Part shown: positions 52,775-64,000 of the stretch, one piece after another
Layout: every line of letters begins with the position of its first letter
Position numbering within the stretch: position 1 is the stretch's first letter
Assembly (NCBI GenBank): GCA_951406725.2
Contig: OX597815.1
Coordinates: 11,966,001-12,030,000 of the forward strand
Source: Octopus vulgaris
Lineage: Eukaryota
Direction: 5' to 3'
DNA length: 64,000 nucleotides
Position numbers and translations under genes: made by a program
Notes under the pieces: model-generated
The model's database searches: none
Told to the model about the DNA's origin: nothing
The model's input: the letters and a program-made list of their open reading frames with translations, nothing else

Positions 52775-55522
52775 ATAGATGCGGGCGTGCACATTCCTTC
52801 ATGAAACTACAACTTCAGAGCAAGTGATAGTGCAATGCTAGATAATAGTTCTACTAGACCAGGGCAGGTCTCCCGTTAAATAACAAGAAATACGAATGCT
52901 GAAAACATTTATGCTTGGATACAGCTGCATAATTTGTGAAACATTTAAGTAGATACATAGAATAAACGAGTCAAATCTGTAGTTTCCAGCTCCATTTGTG
53001 TCCTTTTACGTTCATTTCTGGTAGCTACTTTGTGTAACTCAATACTAGAACTCGCATTACAAATACATCATGAATAAAGTAACTGGTAAGGTTCTGTACT
53101 TTAGAATATATAACTTGTATGTCTATGAAATGACGTAGAATAAAATTCATATACGAGCTTATATATAGGATATCATTAACAAAACATTAAATTTGATCGC
53201 ATATTTTTATTTATTCAAAACAATTCGGTACATTCATTAAAAGGAAAGCGAAACTACTGAAAGAAAATATAGGATTTCTAACCTTCTTTCATAGATGCGT
53301 ACGACAGCATCAGTTCAGCTGTCGTTATACATAACACGATAAAACATCCATATAAATACACACATAGACACACGAATACACACGAAAACACACGCATACA
53401 CACATACACACACCGATAAACTCTTCGATGTATATATGCAGCTGTAAGTGTTTGTCAAGGTTATGGAAGTGAAAGGTTGTGTTTAAAATGCTGAATCACA
53501 AATTTTACCAGCTGAAAAGTCGATTCTGAGAGCAAAAATCACAAGGGCATGATGAAGATTAATTTCATTGCTATCGTCTTACTCTTTTATGAATTAATTA
53601 TTCGAGAATCTTCTTGATTCACGAAAACTACGTTCATCGACAGCCATGGATAGTGTTGCAGGGTGTGAGAAAAGGACTTTCATGAAGACTTCAGTTAACT
53701 AATTAATTAAACGATTGATTGATTATTCAGCTCATCAGATATATGATAATAAAATGGACATAAAATACAACCAACACAAGTGTTTTATAGGTAGAAAAAC
53801 CTATTAAATGTACAAATAATACATCTACGTACACACTAACAAACATACATTGTCACACACATAGTCAACACTGACCTATATTGGATGATGAAGCAGATTC
53901 AAAAATACCTTTCAGTATGTCGAGTTATAATGAAGCAAATATAAAATGTGAATGAGATACATTAAAATGTTATCCAAATCAGAGACAGAACGAGCAACTT
54001 TAGCGGTTATACACTTCGCTTTCTGGCTACTGGTGATAGTTTTACAGCCAGTAAAAATAAAGATGAAAGCTAATGAATGGAATAACGGACAGACTAATTA
54101 GCCCATACAGACACGCCACTATATAATTTTTTAGCGCTTTGAGAAAATTGTCAGTTTTTAATATTCATGTGATTTAATTTCTCTGCGAATGCAGTTAAGT
54201 ATCATCTATAATCAAAAACCTCGAAGAATACTTAATGAGAACAACTTTAAATTTAACCTCAACAACGAAAATCTGAAAATATCGTATTCCACTATAATGT
54301 TGTTGTAACAAAGTTCACCTTTATGAAGAATTAGTAATCAGGACCCATATTTACTCCGCATCCGAAGAGGACATTTTGGTTTGTTCCACCAAATAACATA
54401 TTATTTCTAAGAAATTTCTGCCACTCTCAAGGCACACTTTCCTATCTAAACTTATCAATTCACACAATGTTTTCTTAAACAATATCTCTCACATTTTGTA
54501 CCATAGCCGGAAATACAGTAAAGTATTACCTACAGCGTACAACCAACAAAAATCACCGATGTTGAACAACTTGTCCACTTGCTTCTCTAACTTCATAAAT
54601 ACAAACTTACTTCACTTTTACCAAGAAAATGCAGAAGAAATATAAGAAGCCTCTGTAAACGACTTGAGAAGAGCGTTAGCTAAAACCTTATGACTAGAGA
54701 ATACGAGGACTCTCTTCATTTTCTGTTTCACATGGAAGATTAGTGACAGGAAACATGAAAATTCTAAAATAAACAGGAATAACCGTTGACAGGCTTCCAT
54801 AAAAGAGTGGAAAATTTAATTACCGTTCATTCTTGATTAAATAATTTGATTACCTGGAGACCTGTAAAATATCCCTTAATAAGAAATCAGAAAAGGATTT
54901 CTTTCTGCTCTCGTAATGAAACATTTTCCAAGCTAACTTCCAACAACGGAATCAGAAAATTACTTTGAGATGTATCAAGGTTTTTGTAACTCACCAGGAT
55001 CATAAGTCGATCAACATCATCCAGTAATTTTGGTAGCCGTGTACCATTTTGTCGTTTATGATCTGTCGTATGTAGTAGACGTCCAGCATATGATCGAACG
55101 ACAAGAAACCATGTTTCAAACTGAAGGAGTTCAAATCTTCAAAAACAGCTAGAATCTGAAAGAATCGGTACCTCTCTATAGGGTAAAGGAACTGGGAGTA
55201 ACGACTCCAAGGGTCATCACCTTATGAGCTAGAACTATTTATCTACATGACGTACTCAGCGCTATTTGTATACACACAGACACGCGCAAAAATCCACAGA
55301 CACGCACACACATTATATACTTCTTCGTGTGTCTGTATTATTCCCATGGATGTGTGTGTGTATATCCTTCTCTGGATCATTCCTTCTCCTATGTGTCCGA
55401 CAAAGAGCTCCGCTCGAAAAGTTAAACCCTCCTTCTTTCCTGAGCGTCCAATAATACTATATTTGTTCCACGTCCTCGCGTTGTTGTGTTTTTTTGTGCT
55501 TTCTTGTTTGGATTAACTTTAT

Positions 55523-55574
<52 letters not shown>

Positions 55575-55577
<3 letters not shown>

Positions 55578-55790
55578 AGCGTTTACGAAAAAAACAAAAG
55601 ACGAAGACATGTTGTGTACAAAACAAACAGATGTATTAGTATAACGCTCAAGAATAGAAAAAGTATTTTACGTTTCGAGCCTACACTCTTCTACAGAAAG
55701 GGACACAGAAAAGAAAACAAGGATAGAAACAAGAAGAAAAAAAATTGTGTGTAGTGGCTAACGATCTATGATGGCGACTGCATGAGCGTG
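55575..55790 (-). mobile_element. Probable PLE terminal repeat between (TA)n tracts, same family as 44075-44200
   Basis: Reverse complement reads ctttctgtagaagagtgtaggctcgaaacgtaaaatac..actaatacat..tgtcttcgtctttt. Confidence 0.65.
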
Positions 55791-55810
55791 TCTCATACAG
55801 ACACTCTCAC

Positions 55811-55871
<61 letters not shown>

Positions 55872-55872
55872 A

Positions 55873-55906
<34 letters not shown>

Positions 55907-56349
55907 ATAGATAGATAGGGATATAGGTATATAAGCACCTATTCGTTAAAGTCACGAGTCTGGTGACAAGAAGAATGGAGGTAAAAACAATATCAATGTA
56001 GTGATAAATAAATGGTAAACATTAAGTCATGGATATAATTAAAAAGTAATGAAAATTGAAGAAAATATCCAGAGATTCCAAAGAAATATCGCAGAGAAAA
56101 ATTTATGAAAGAATAAAAAAAAAAAAAACTCTTCATGTCAACTCAATGAGATTTCGAGGATTTATATACAATTTATATATTCACACACGGATGCAAGCTT
56201 CCACACGCTTATACAGACACTCCCACAGATATAGAGTAAGCCATACTCACGCATTTACAGACAATTCAGTTATCACATATATATATGCAAGCACAAATAT
56301 CACTCCCTTTCCAAATTACTCTCTTTCTCTCCCCCTTTCTCTCTCTTTA

Positions 56350-56970
<621 letters not shown>

Positions 56971-58149
56971 TGTAGGCGAGTTTGTTCAGACCTCTGCTTG
57001 TGTAGACGAGATAGAGACAAAGATGTTAAGATAGTGTGTGGATAACATATTTCAAAACTTATTCGTCACTAAATCGAAAGAAATTAGAAGAGAAAATATT
57101 AAAAGCAAATACAAAATCCCGAATAAACTCTCCTAAATAATAAAAATATTATTTTCTGTTTCATTTTCTGTTTTTATTTTTGGTATTATCGAAATGGACT
57201 AATTTTCTTTTTATTATTTCTAAAATTTCATTGAAAATTCTCCAGATATTTTCTGCTTTTCTATTAGTTTTCTTCTCTTCTAACTTCTATCTTTTGGAAT
57301 TAAGCAGACTTATTTCGGTTTTAATTAAATTCTTTCGCTGAGTACTAAAGTAATTTTTCATTTCAGTCGGATTGTCATTAAAGTTTTACGTAAGAAGTTT
57401 TGAGTTTGACGAATGAGATTTAACTTTGGAGATCAACATTTAAAGAAAACTTACTTATAAGCACGTTGATCTATGCACTGAAGTCGCAGTTTCTCGTAGC
57501 ACCTTCATATTGACAAATGGTACTTATTTCGATTTATATATTCTAACAGGTTCAATCTACTTGCTCACTAAGGTTCAAACTGATTCAATCATAAAAAAAA
57601 GGTTATTGATCGTTATCTTCTTTTAGATTTAAAAAAAAAAAGAAATAGGTATTAATATGTTAAATGCAGTTTTACATTGTTAAGAAACAGAAGTATTTGA
57701 AAATTAGGCTTCGAGTGCTACCCGGTTCCGATTATACATCTATCCATTTACACATGCACACACAAACATTCGCAATCGGGCGCGCACACCGAACACACGT
57801 ACACACACTGACAATTTGGAACGCAGAATGGTTGGCAAAGCAAGGGGCGGAAAAACAGGAATAAACACATCGGACGTATTGATGCTCAAACCATCACAGT
57901 TTTTGACCACATGTATCACAATTTCGACACTTCATCTTTACCTGTATCTATACATATTTCCCACTATCTATCAACCTATCTATCTAACAACCCATATATC
58001 AATCTATCTGTCTATCTTTTTATCTGTCTGTGTATCTATCTATCTTTGTGTCTTTCAGTCAGTCTATCTAGCCAGTTGTGCGTGCGCACGCACGTGTGTG
58101 TGCCTATGACCTGTCTTGATTTTTCTTTTAATTTTGATCGACCACTTTC

Positions 58150-58977
58150 TAAGTGGAGGGTTTGAAGACAAGATAATCTGATTTTTGCAGGTTTTTTTGA
58201 GGATGGCCAGGTGCAGATATCCGGTGATTCTTGAGGGTTACCTTCCCAGGTGTCATCGGTGCCTGGAGCCTGGAGCCCGGAGCCTGGCAATATAAGGAAA
58301 AACTGTCCTCAGGAACAAAGCAAAGTCCTGGAGCAGTTGATAGAGACTTCTTTAGAAGAAGGAGCGAAAGCGGCCGAAGAGGTGGAGGACTCTTCAAAGA
58401 AGGGCTGCAAGAGGAAGAAGGTGAGCAATAAGGGGTGCTCACCGAAGGATCCTATGGATGAGGGAGGGGAGGCGAATCTCCCGGTCACGAAGGAGACGCT
58501 CCCTCCCTCAGTTGAGAAGAAAAATATGAGGAAGAGGAAGAAAACGGAATATTGCCGGCAGTCGATAACATAGAACCGGAATGTCCCGGATCCTTGCCGG
58601 TAGGGGTTGTGCCACCGGCAGGGGAAGAGACAACATTGGCTGGAATTGTGCCGCCAACTGTAGAATTGACTACCTCGATCGCGGAGGAAGACAGATTATT
58701 GATCTTCTTGTACAGAAGTAGAGAGGTAGAATAGGTGGTGGAAAAACACTATAAGGGAATACCTTTAACTTTCACACGGGAAATCGAATGGCCTCCGCAG
58801 ATAGCTGTGGAGGCCATAACGTTGTCCGTGATACGTAGGCTTGAGGGTCTCAAAGAGGAATATTGCTTGTAGCCGGGCGATGCCGGTTCAGAGCCCGCCT
58901 TGGTTTTAAATGAGGCGTGGGTGATGGCGGAGTATACGGCACAAGCGATGTTGGAGAGAAAATTGACAAAAGGTTGA
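58150..58977 (+). pseudogene. Gag/ORF1-like pseudo-ORF with a degenerate CCHC zinc knuckle
   Basis: Removing the 14-nt GGAGCCY duplication (58272-58285) restores RYPVILEGYLPRCHRCLEPGNIRKNCP. A charged, low-complexity region with stops and a frameshift follows; the segment is a GC-rich island. Confidence 0.65.
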
Positions 58978-59260
58978 AAAGCCTCAGTGTTATAATGTTT
59001 AAGTGTGTAAGAGACTCAGCGCCTCAGTTTGTAAATGAACTATTAAGTACAAAAATTGTAAAAACGGCAGTAAGAGGTTCAATTCATCGTTTTCTTTTTT
59101 GCCTAAAAATAATAATGTTTCAATTTGCAAATGAATTATTGAGTCTAATATTTGTAAAACGGAAGTAGGAGGTTCAATACTTCGGTTTGTTTTTTGTATA
59201 GAAAAGTAATGTTTTATAGAAGTAAAAAAATCGGCGGGCAACACTCACACATACGCAACA

Positions 59261-59295
<35 letters not shown>

Positions 59296-59323
59296 GCACA
59301 CACACACACATATATATATAATA

Positions 59324-59551
59324 CTTTACTACCCACAAGGGGCTAAACACAGAGGAGACAAACAAGGACAGACAAACGGATTAAGTCGATTACATCGACT
59401 CCAGTGCGTAACTGGTACTTACTTTATCGACCCCGGAAGGATGAAAGGCAAAGTCGACCTCGGCGGAATTTGAACTCGGAACGTAACGGCAGACGAAATA
59501 CCACTAAGCATTTCACCCGGCGTGCTAACGCTTCTGCTAGCTCGCCGCCTT
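59324..59551 (-). mobile_element. Type-3 SINE monomer
   Basis: Reverse-complement match to 25525-25759. Confidence 0.93.
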
Positions 59552-59914
59552 CAAATATATATATATATATATATGTGTGTGTGGGGTGGTGGTGGTATTG
59601 TATGCATGTATGCATACAGCAGCCCTTCCTGTTTATTTTCACTCTCCTGTCTGTGTTACCTATTCTGGCCCCCCGCAAAATCTCAAATTATATTAAATTT
59701 GCTTTGCGGGAGCAACTGTTTTATCGAAAGCGTTTATTGTTGTTAAATGCTCGAAATACGAGACTAGTGAAACACCCAACAACCGATTAATTGTCGTTCT
59801 TTATGTTGTTTGTTTTGTCTTCCATTCCAGTCTTTCGTTGTTCGAAAGAACAGTTCATGTTCCATGAACTCATGGTTCGTACTTTTTGTTGTACACATTT
59901 CGTGACATCCTGTG

Positions 59915-59947
<33 letters not shown>

Positions 59948-60022
59948 ACACACATACACACACACATATATATATATATTTGTTGTGCAAGATTCTTGAT
60001 GTGAAATCGTGCGTTGAAACAA

Positions 60023-60140
60023 ATGTTGTTGTATTTAGGAATGGTCATTTTGCCAGTTTAGCCAATAATATATAGTGCGTGTGTTTTTTGTTTTAGCTAA
60101 ACTGGCTAAATGACATGACCATTCCTAAATACAACAACAT
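60023..60140. repeat. 40-bp inverted repeat with a 33-nt spacer between (TA)n tracts
   Basis: atgttgttgtatttaggaatggtcattttgccagtttagc pairs with gctaaactggctaaatgac[atgac]cattcctaaatacaacaacat. Confidence 0.9.
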
Positions 60141-60158
60141 ATCTATATATTTTCATTT

Positions 60159-60252
<94 letters not shown>

Positions 60253-60338
60253 CACATATATGCATATATATATATACATATATATATGTATATATATAAA
60301 TATACACATATATGCATATATATATATATATACATATA

Positions 60339-60381
<43 letters not shown>

Positions 60382-60699
60382 AATATATGTATAAATATAT
60401 ACGTATAGATGTATGTATATATACGTATATACATATGCAGAAACAGTAAAAAAAAATGAAAATTCAGTAGTTTGCGATTGAAACAAAAGCTTTATAAACC
60501 AATTGTTATTTGTCCTGTAGTATGAGGTCAGTCCTGATCGATGAACAGTAATCATCTTTCCAATTTTCAAGTAACATTTCTCTAGAATTGTGCAAATGAA
60601 TTTGTCCTTTTCCATCTGTACGGTCTCTTGTTTCATTATTCTATATTAAATAGTAATGCTGCAATACTGTCTTGGAAGTAATGATTACCTGTGCGCGTG

Positions 60700-60710
60700 T
60701 AATATCTATA

Positions 60711-60774
<64 letters not shown>

Positions 60775-60858
60775 CGTCTGTCTATCTATCTATCTATCTA
60801 TCTATCTATCAATCTATCTAACTATCTATCTATCTATCTACCTACCTACCTATCTATC

Positions 60859-60889
<31 letters not shown>

Positions 60890-60898
60890 TTATCTATT

Positions 60899-60945
<47 letters not shown>

Positions 60946-60976
60946 ATCTCTCCTACCATCTCTCTCACTCTCTCTG

Positions 60977-61020
<44 letters not shown>
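60700..61020. repeat. (TATC)n/(TC)n/(TA)n compound microsatellite
   Basis: Seen directly. Confidence 0.95.
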
Positions 61021-61172
61021 CTTCGAAACGCGGAGTAGATGAAACATTGACAACTGAAGAAGGTGAATATTATTTATGTTGTATGTCTTATTTATATGTT
61101 TTTGTCTTTATTTTTTCGTTTCTCATTGTGTACAACATTTTTTGATGCCCTGCACCCATATATGCATGTATA
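61020..61172 (+). mobile_element. PLE terminal-repeat fragment, same family as 43225-43400
   Basis: cttcgaaacgcggagt..gacaactgaagaagg..tttcgtttctc..tgccctgcaccc. Confidence 0.55.
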
Positions 61173-61390
61173 TATACATATATATGTACGTATGTGCATA
61201 CATGTATGTATATATGCATATATATATCAGGTTTTGACTGCTATTTTCAGCGTGGTGATATCTCTAAGATATCCTAAATTATAAATTTAAATAAATGTTA
61301 CCAGTGAAATATTTTTTATTCCCATGCAGGACCCGTGATAAGATCGATATTTAAATATTGATCTTATCCTTATTTCTATAAATGTACATA

Positions 61391-61417
<27 letters not shown>

Positions 61418-61424
<7 letters not shown>

Positions 61425-61795
61425 GTAAGTAGCTTGCTAACCAACCACATGGTTCCGTGTTCAGTCCCACTGCATGGCATCTTGGGCAAGTGATTTCTGC
61501 TATAGCCCCGGGCCGACCAATGTCTTGTGAGTGGATTTGGTAGACGGAAACTGAAAGAAGCCTGTCGTATATATGTGTGTGTTTGTGTGTCTGTGTTTGT
61601 CCCCCTAGCATTGCTTGATACCGATGCTGGTGTGTTTACGTCCGCGTCACCAGCGGTTCGGCAAAAAGACCCGATAACATAAGTACTGGGCTTACAAAGA
61701 ATAAGTCCCAGGGTCGATTTGCTTGACTAAAGGCGGTGCTCCAGCATGGCCGCAGTTAAATTACTGAAACAAGTAAAAGAAAAAAAAAAGAAAGA
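61418..61795 (+). mobile_element. Type-1 (OK-like) SINE with head fused to a (TG)n tract
   Basis: gtgtggtaagtagcttgctaaccaaccacatggttcc..ggcggtgctccagcatggccgcagttaaattactgaaac. Confidence 0.93.
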
Positions 61796-61805
61796 AGGAA
61801 TATAC

Positions 61806-61871
<66 letters not shown>

Positions 61872-61898
61872 GAAGGTTTGGAGATGATGTACAGGTAT

Positions 61899-62135
61899 TA
61901 TATATTAGAAAAATTGAGGTAATCAGATCAGATGGTTCATATTTGTAGATATTTATTTATATATTACATTTTTTACATATATATCATATCATATCATTCG
62001 GATTTCGGATTAGCGCTTGCTCCCATTCTAGTGGGCTTTTCAAATCAAATCAGTTGTGGGAAGTTTGAACATTTTATAGTTTTGTAGTAGTGGGTGAGGA
62101 GGAAGTGAGACAGAGAAAAAATGTGTGTATGTGTA

Positions 62136-62167
<32 letters not shown>

Positions 62168-62656
62168 TGTGCGTGTGTGTGTGTGTGCGCGTTTATATCT
62201 GAGAGTGGAGAAGTGTTATTTCCGTTGGTCTACTGAACCGCCTGTGTGTGTGTGTGTGCGCGTTTATATCTGAGAGTGAAGAAGTGTTATTTCCGTTGGT
62301 CTACTGGACCGCCTGTGGTCCAGTAGACCAACGGAAATAACACTTCTTCACTCTCAGATATAAACGCGCACACACACACACACACACACGCACACACACA
62401 TATACACACACACACACACATACACATACACACATTTTTTCTCTGTCTCACTCCTCCTCACCCACTACTACAAAACTATAAAATGTACAAACTTCCCACA
62501 ACTGATTTTATTTGAAAAGCCCACTAGAATGGGAGCAAGCGCTAATCCGAAATCCGAATGATATGATATGATATATATGTAAAAAATGTAATATATAAAT
62601 AAATATCTACAAATATGAGCCATCTGATCTGATTACCTCAATTTTTCTAATATATA
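61899..62656. repeat. About 760-bp near-perfect palindrome (arms 61899-62310 and 62317-62656, loop gcctgt)
   Basis: The arms are reverse-complementary apart from a few substitutions, a 1-nt indel, microsatellite differences and an about 70-bp tandem duplication in the left arm. Confidence 0.97.
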
Positions 62657-63640
62657 CACACTCACACAAACATACACACACACATACTTACACACACACT
62701 CACCTGCACGCGCACACACATGCATGACAAACACCCATACACTCACACTCACATACGCACACACCAACATAAACACGCACACGCACACACACACCTACAC
62801 TCCCACACACATACACACGCACCTACATACACACACGCACGCATACACACGCATACACACATACATTACACACGTACACACACACCTACATACACATGCA
62901 TACACACACACACAACATGCACGGACACACCCAGACATGCACACATACACCTATATACACACGCCCACACACCTACATACACACACATATACGCACGCCC
63001 ACACACCTACATACACACACATACATACACACACATACACGGACACACCCATACATACTTACATACATACACCTATACACACACGCCTACACACCTACAT
63101 ACACACACATGCATACACACACACATGTACGCACTAACACACACATATACGCACATACATATATACCCACACACATGCACACACACACACACATACGCAC
63201 ATGCATGCATGCATGCACACGCGCACACCTACACGCATACACACACACACACACACGCACGTACACATACATACATACATACACACACGCATACATACAC
63301 CCATACACATACATGCATCCTACACACACATACATACACACTCACACATGCATACACACACACACACTCACTCACACACCAGTATGTACGCGCACACACA
63401 TGCACATACACACACTTCCCCTCACCCACACGTACATACATACACACTCATACACATACACACACACACACACACACGGACATACATCTATGCACACACA
63501 TACATACACACATACTCACATACATTCATCGGACACACTGCCACCCAGACATACACACAGACACACTCACACATCCACACACATACATACTTACGCGCAT
63601 ACTCGCAGGCGCGCGCACACACGCGCTTGCGCCGGTTCGC
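62657..63640. repeat. About 1-kb degenerate CA-rich satellite
   Basis: Seen directly; the His/Thr-rich ORFs here are artefacts. Confidence 0.93.
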
Positions 63641-64000
63641 GCACGCATACGCGCCGCATGCACCTCGCTCTTGGACCCGACGAGACCTCCCGCCCGTTCC
63701 TGGGACCGTCGCGTGTCGTTGGGTTTTCCCACGCCCGTCTCCGCGGGACCACTCTTCCATCTTCCCCTCAGCTGGAGTCCTTTTTCCTTACCCCCCCTTT
63801 TTCGTCACACACACGCGCACACATATACACACATTGCTTAAATATATACATTACTCTTACACACATTCAATCTACTCGCCATTAATACCACCACGACACT
63901 GGACACACACACACACTACTACTCAACACACGCTGGCACGCTACATACGCCCCCACCCCTTCCCCTCCCTCCCTTCCTCCTTCCTTCTTTTTCTTACTAC

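Noticed and set aside
52264-52827. Cys/Val and His/Thr ORFs
   Set aside because: Microsatellite artefacts; the same applies to all YIYI, VCVC and LSIY ORFs in the track.
54846-54870. Possible 8-nt minus-strand microexon (ttttacag|GTCTCCAG|gtaatc)
   Set aside because: Too short to support from sequence alone and not frame-preserving.
57078-57290. Loose inverted similarity in AT-rich sequence (also 31575-31697)
   Set aside because: Low complexity and too many mismatches to separate from chance by eye.
62720-63885. Long His/Thr-rich ORFs (373 and 329 aa)
   Set aside because: They are translations of a degenerate (CA)n satellite, open in several frames because CA repeats contain no stop codons.

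Overview
This is AT-rich, repeat-dense eukaryotic genomic DNA, either intronic or intergenic. No confident host protein-coding exon was found. The SINE repertoire and the extreme (TA)n/(CA)n/(TATC)n load point to an octopus (coleoid cephalopod) genome; this is an inference. The window contains: a nearly intact CR1-group LINE at the left edge; a second, 5'-truncated CR1-group LINE; two R4/Dong-type restriction-like-endonuclease LINE relics; a full-length decayed mariner with two nested retro-insertions; non-autonomous Helitrons; three tRNA-head SINE types, many with target-site duplications (TSDs); a gag-like zinc-knuckle pseudo-ORF; and Penelope-like element (PLE) relics (GIY-YIG, RT, hammerhead-like motifs). 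The most unusual signal is a recurring set of fold-back inverted repeats, up to about 760 bp, embedded in (TA)n tracts and usually with a one-sided extension. Most short ORFs in the supplied track are microsatellite translations.
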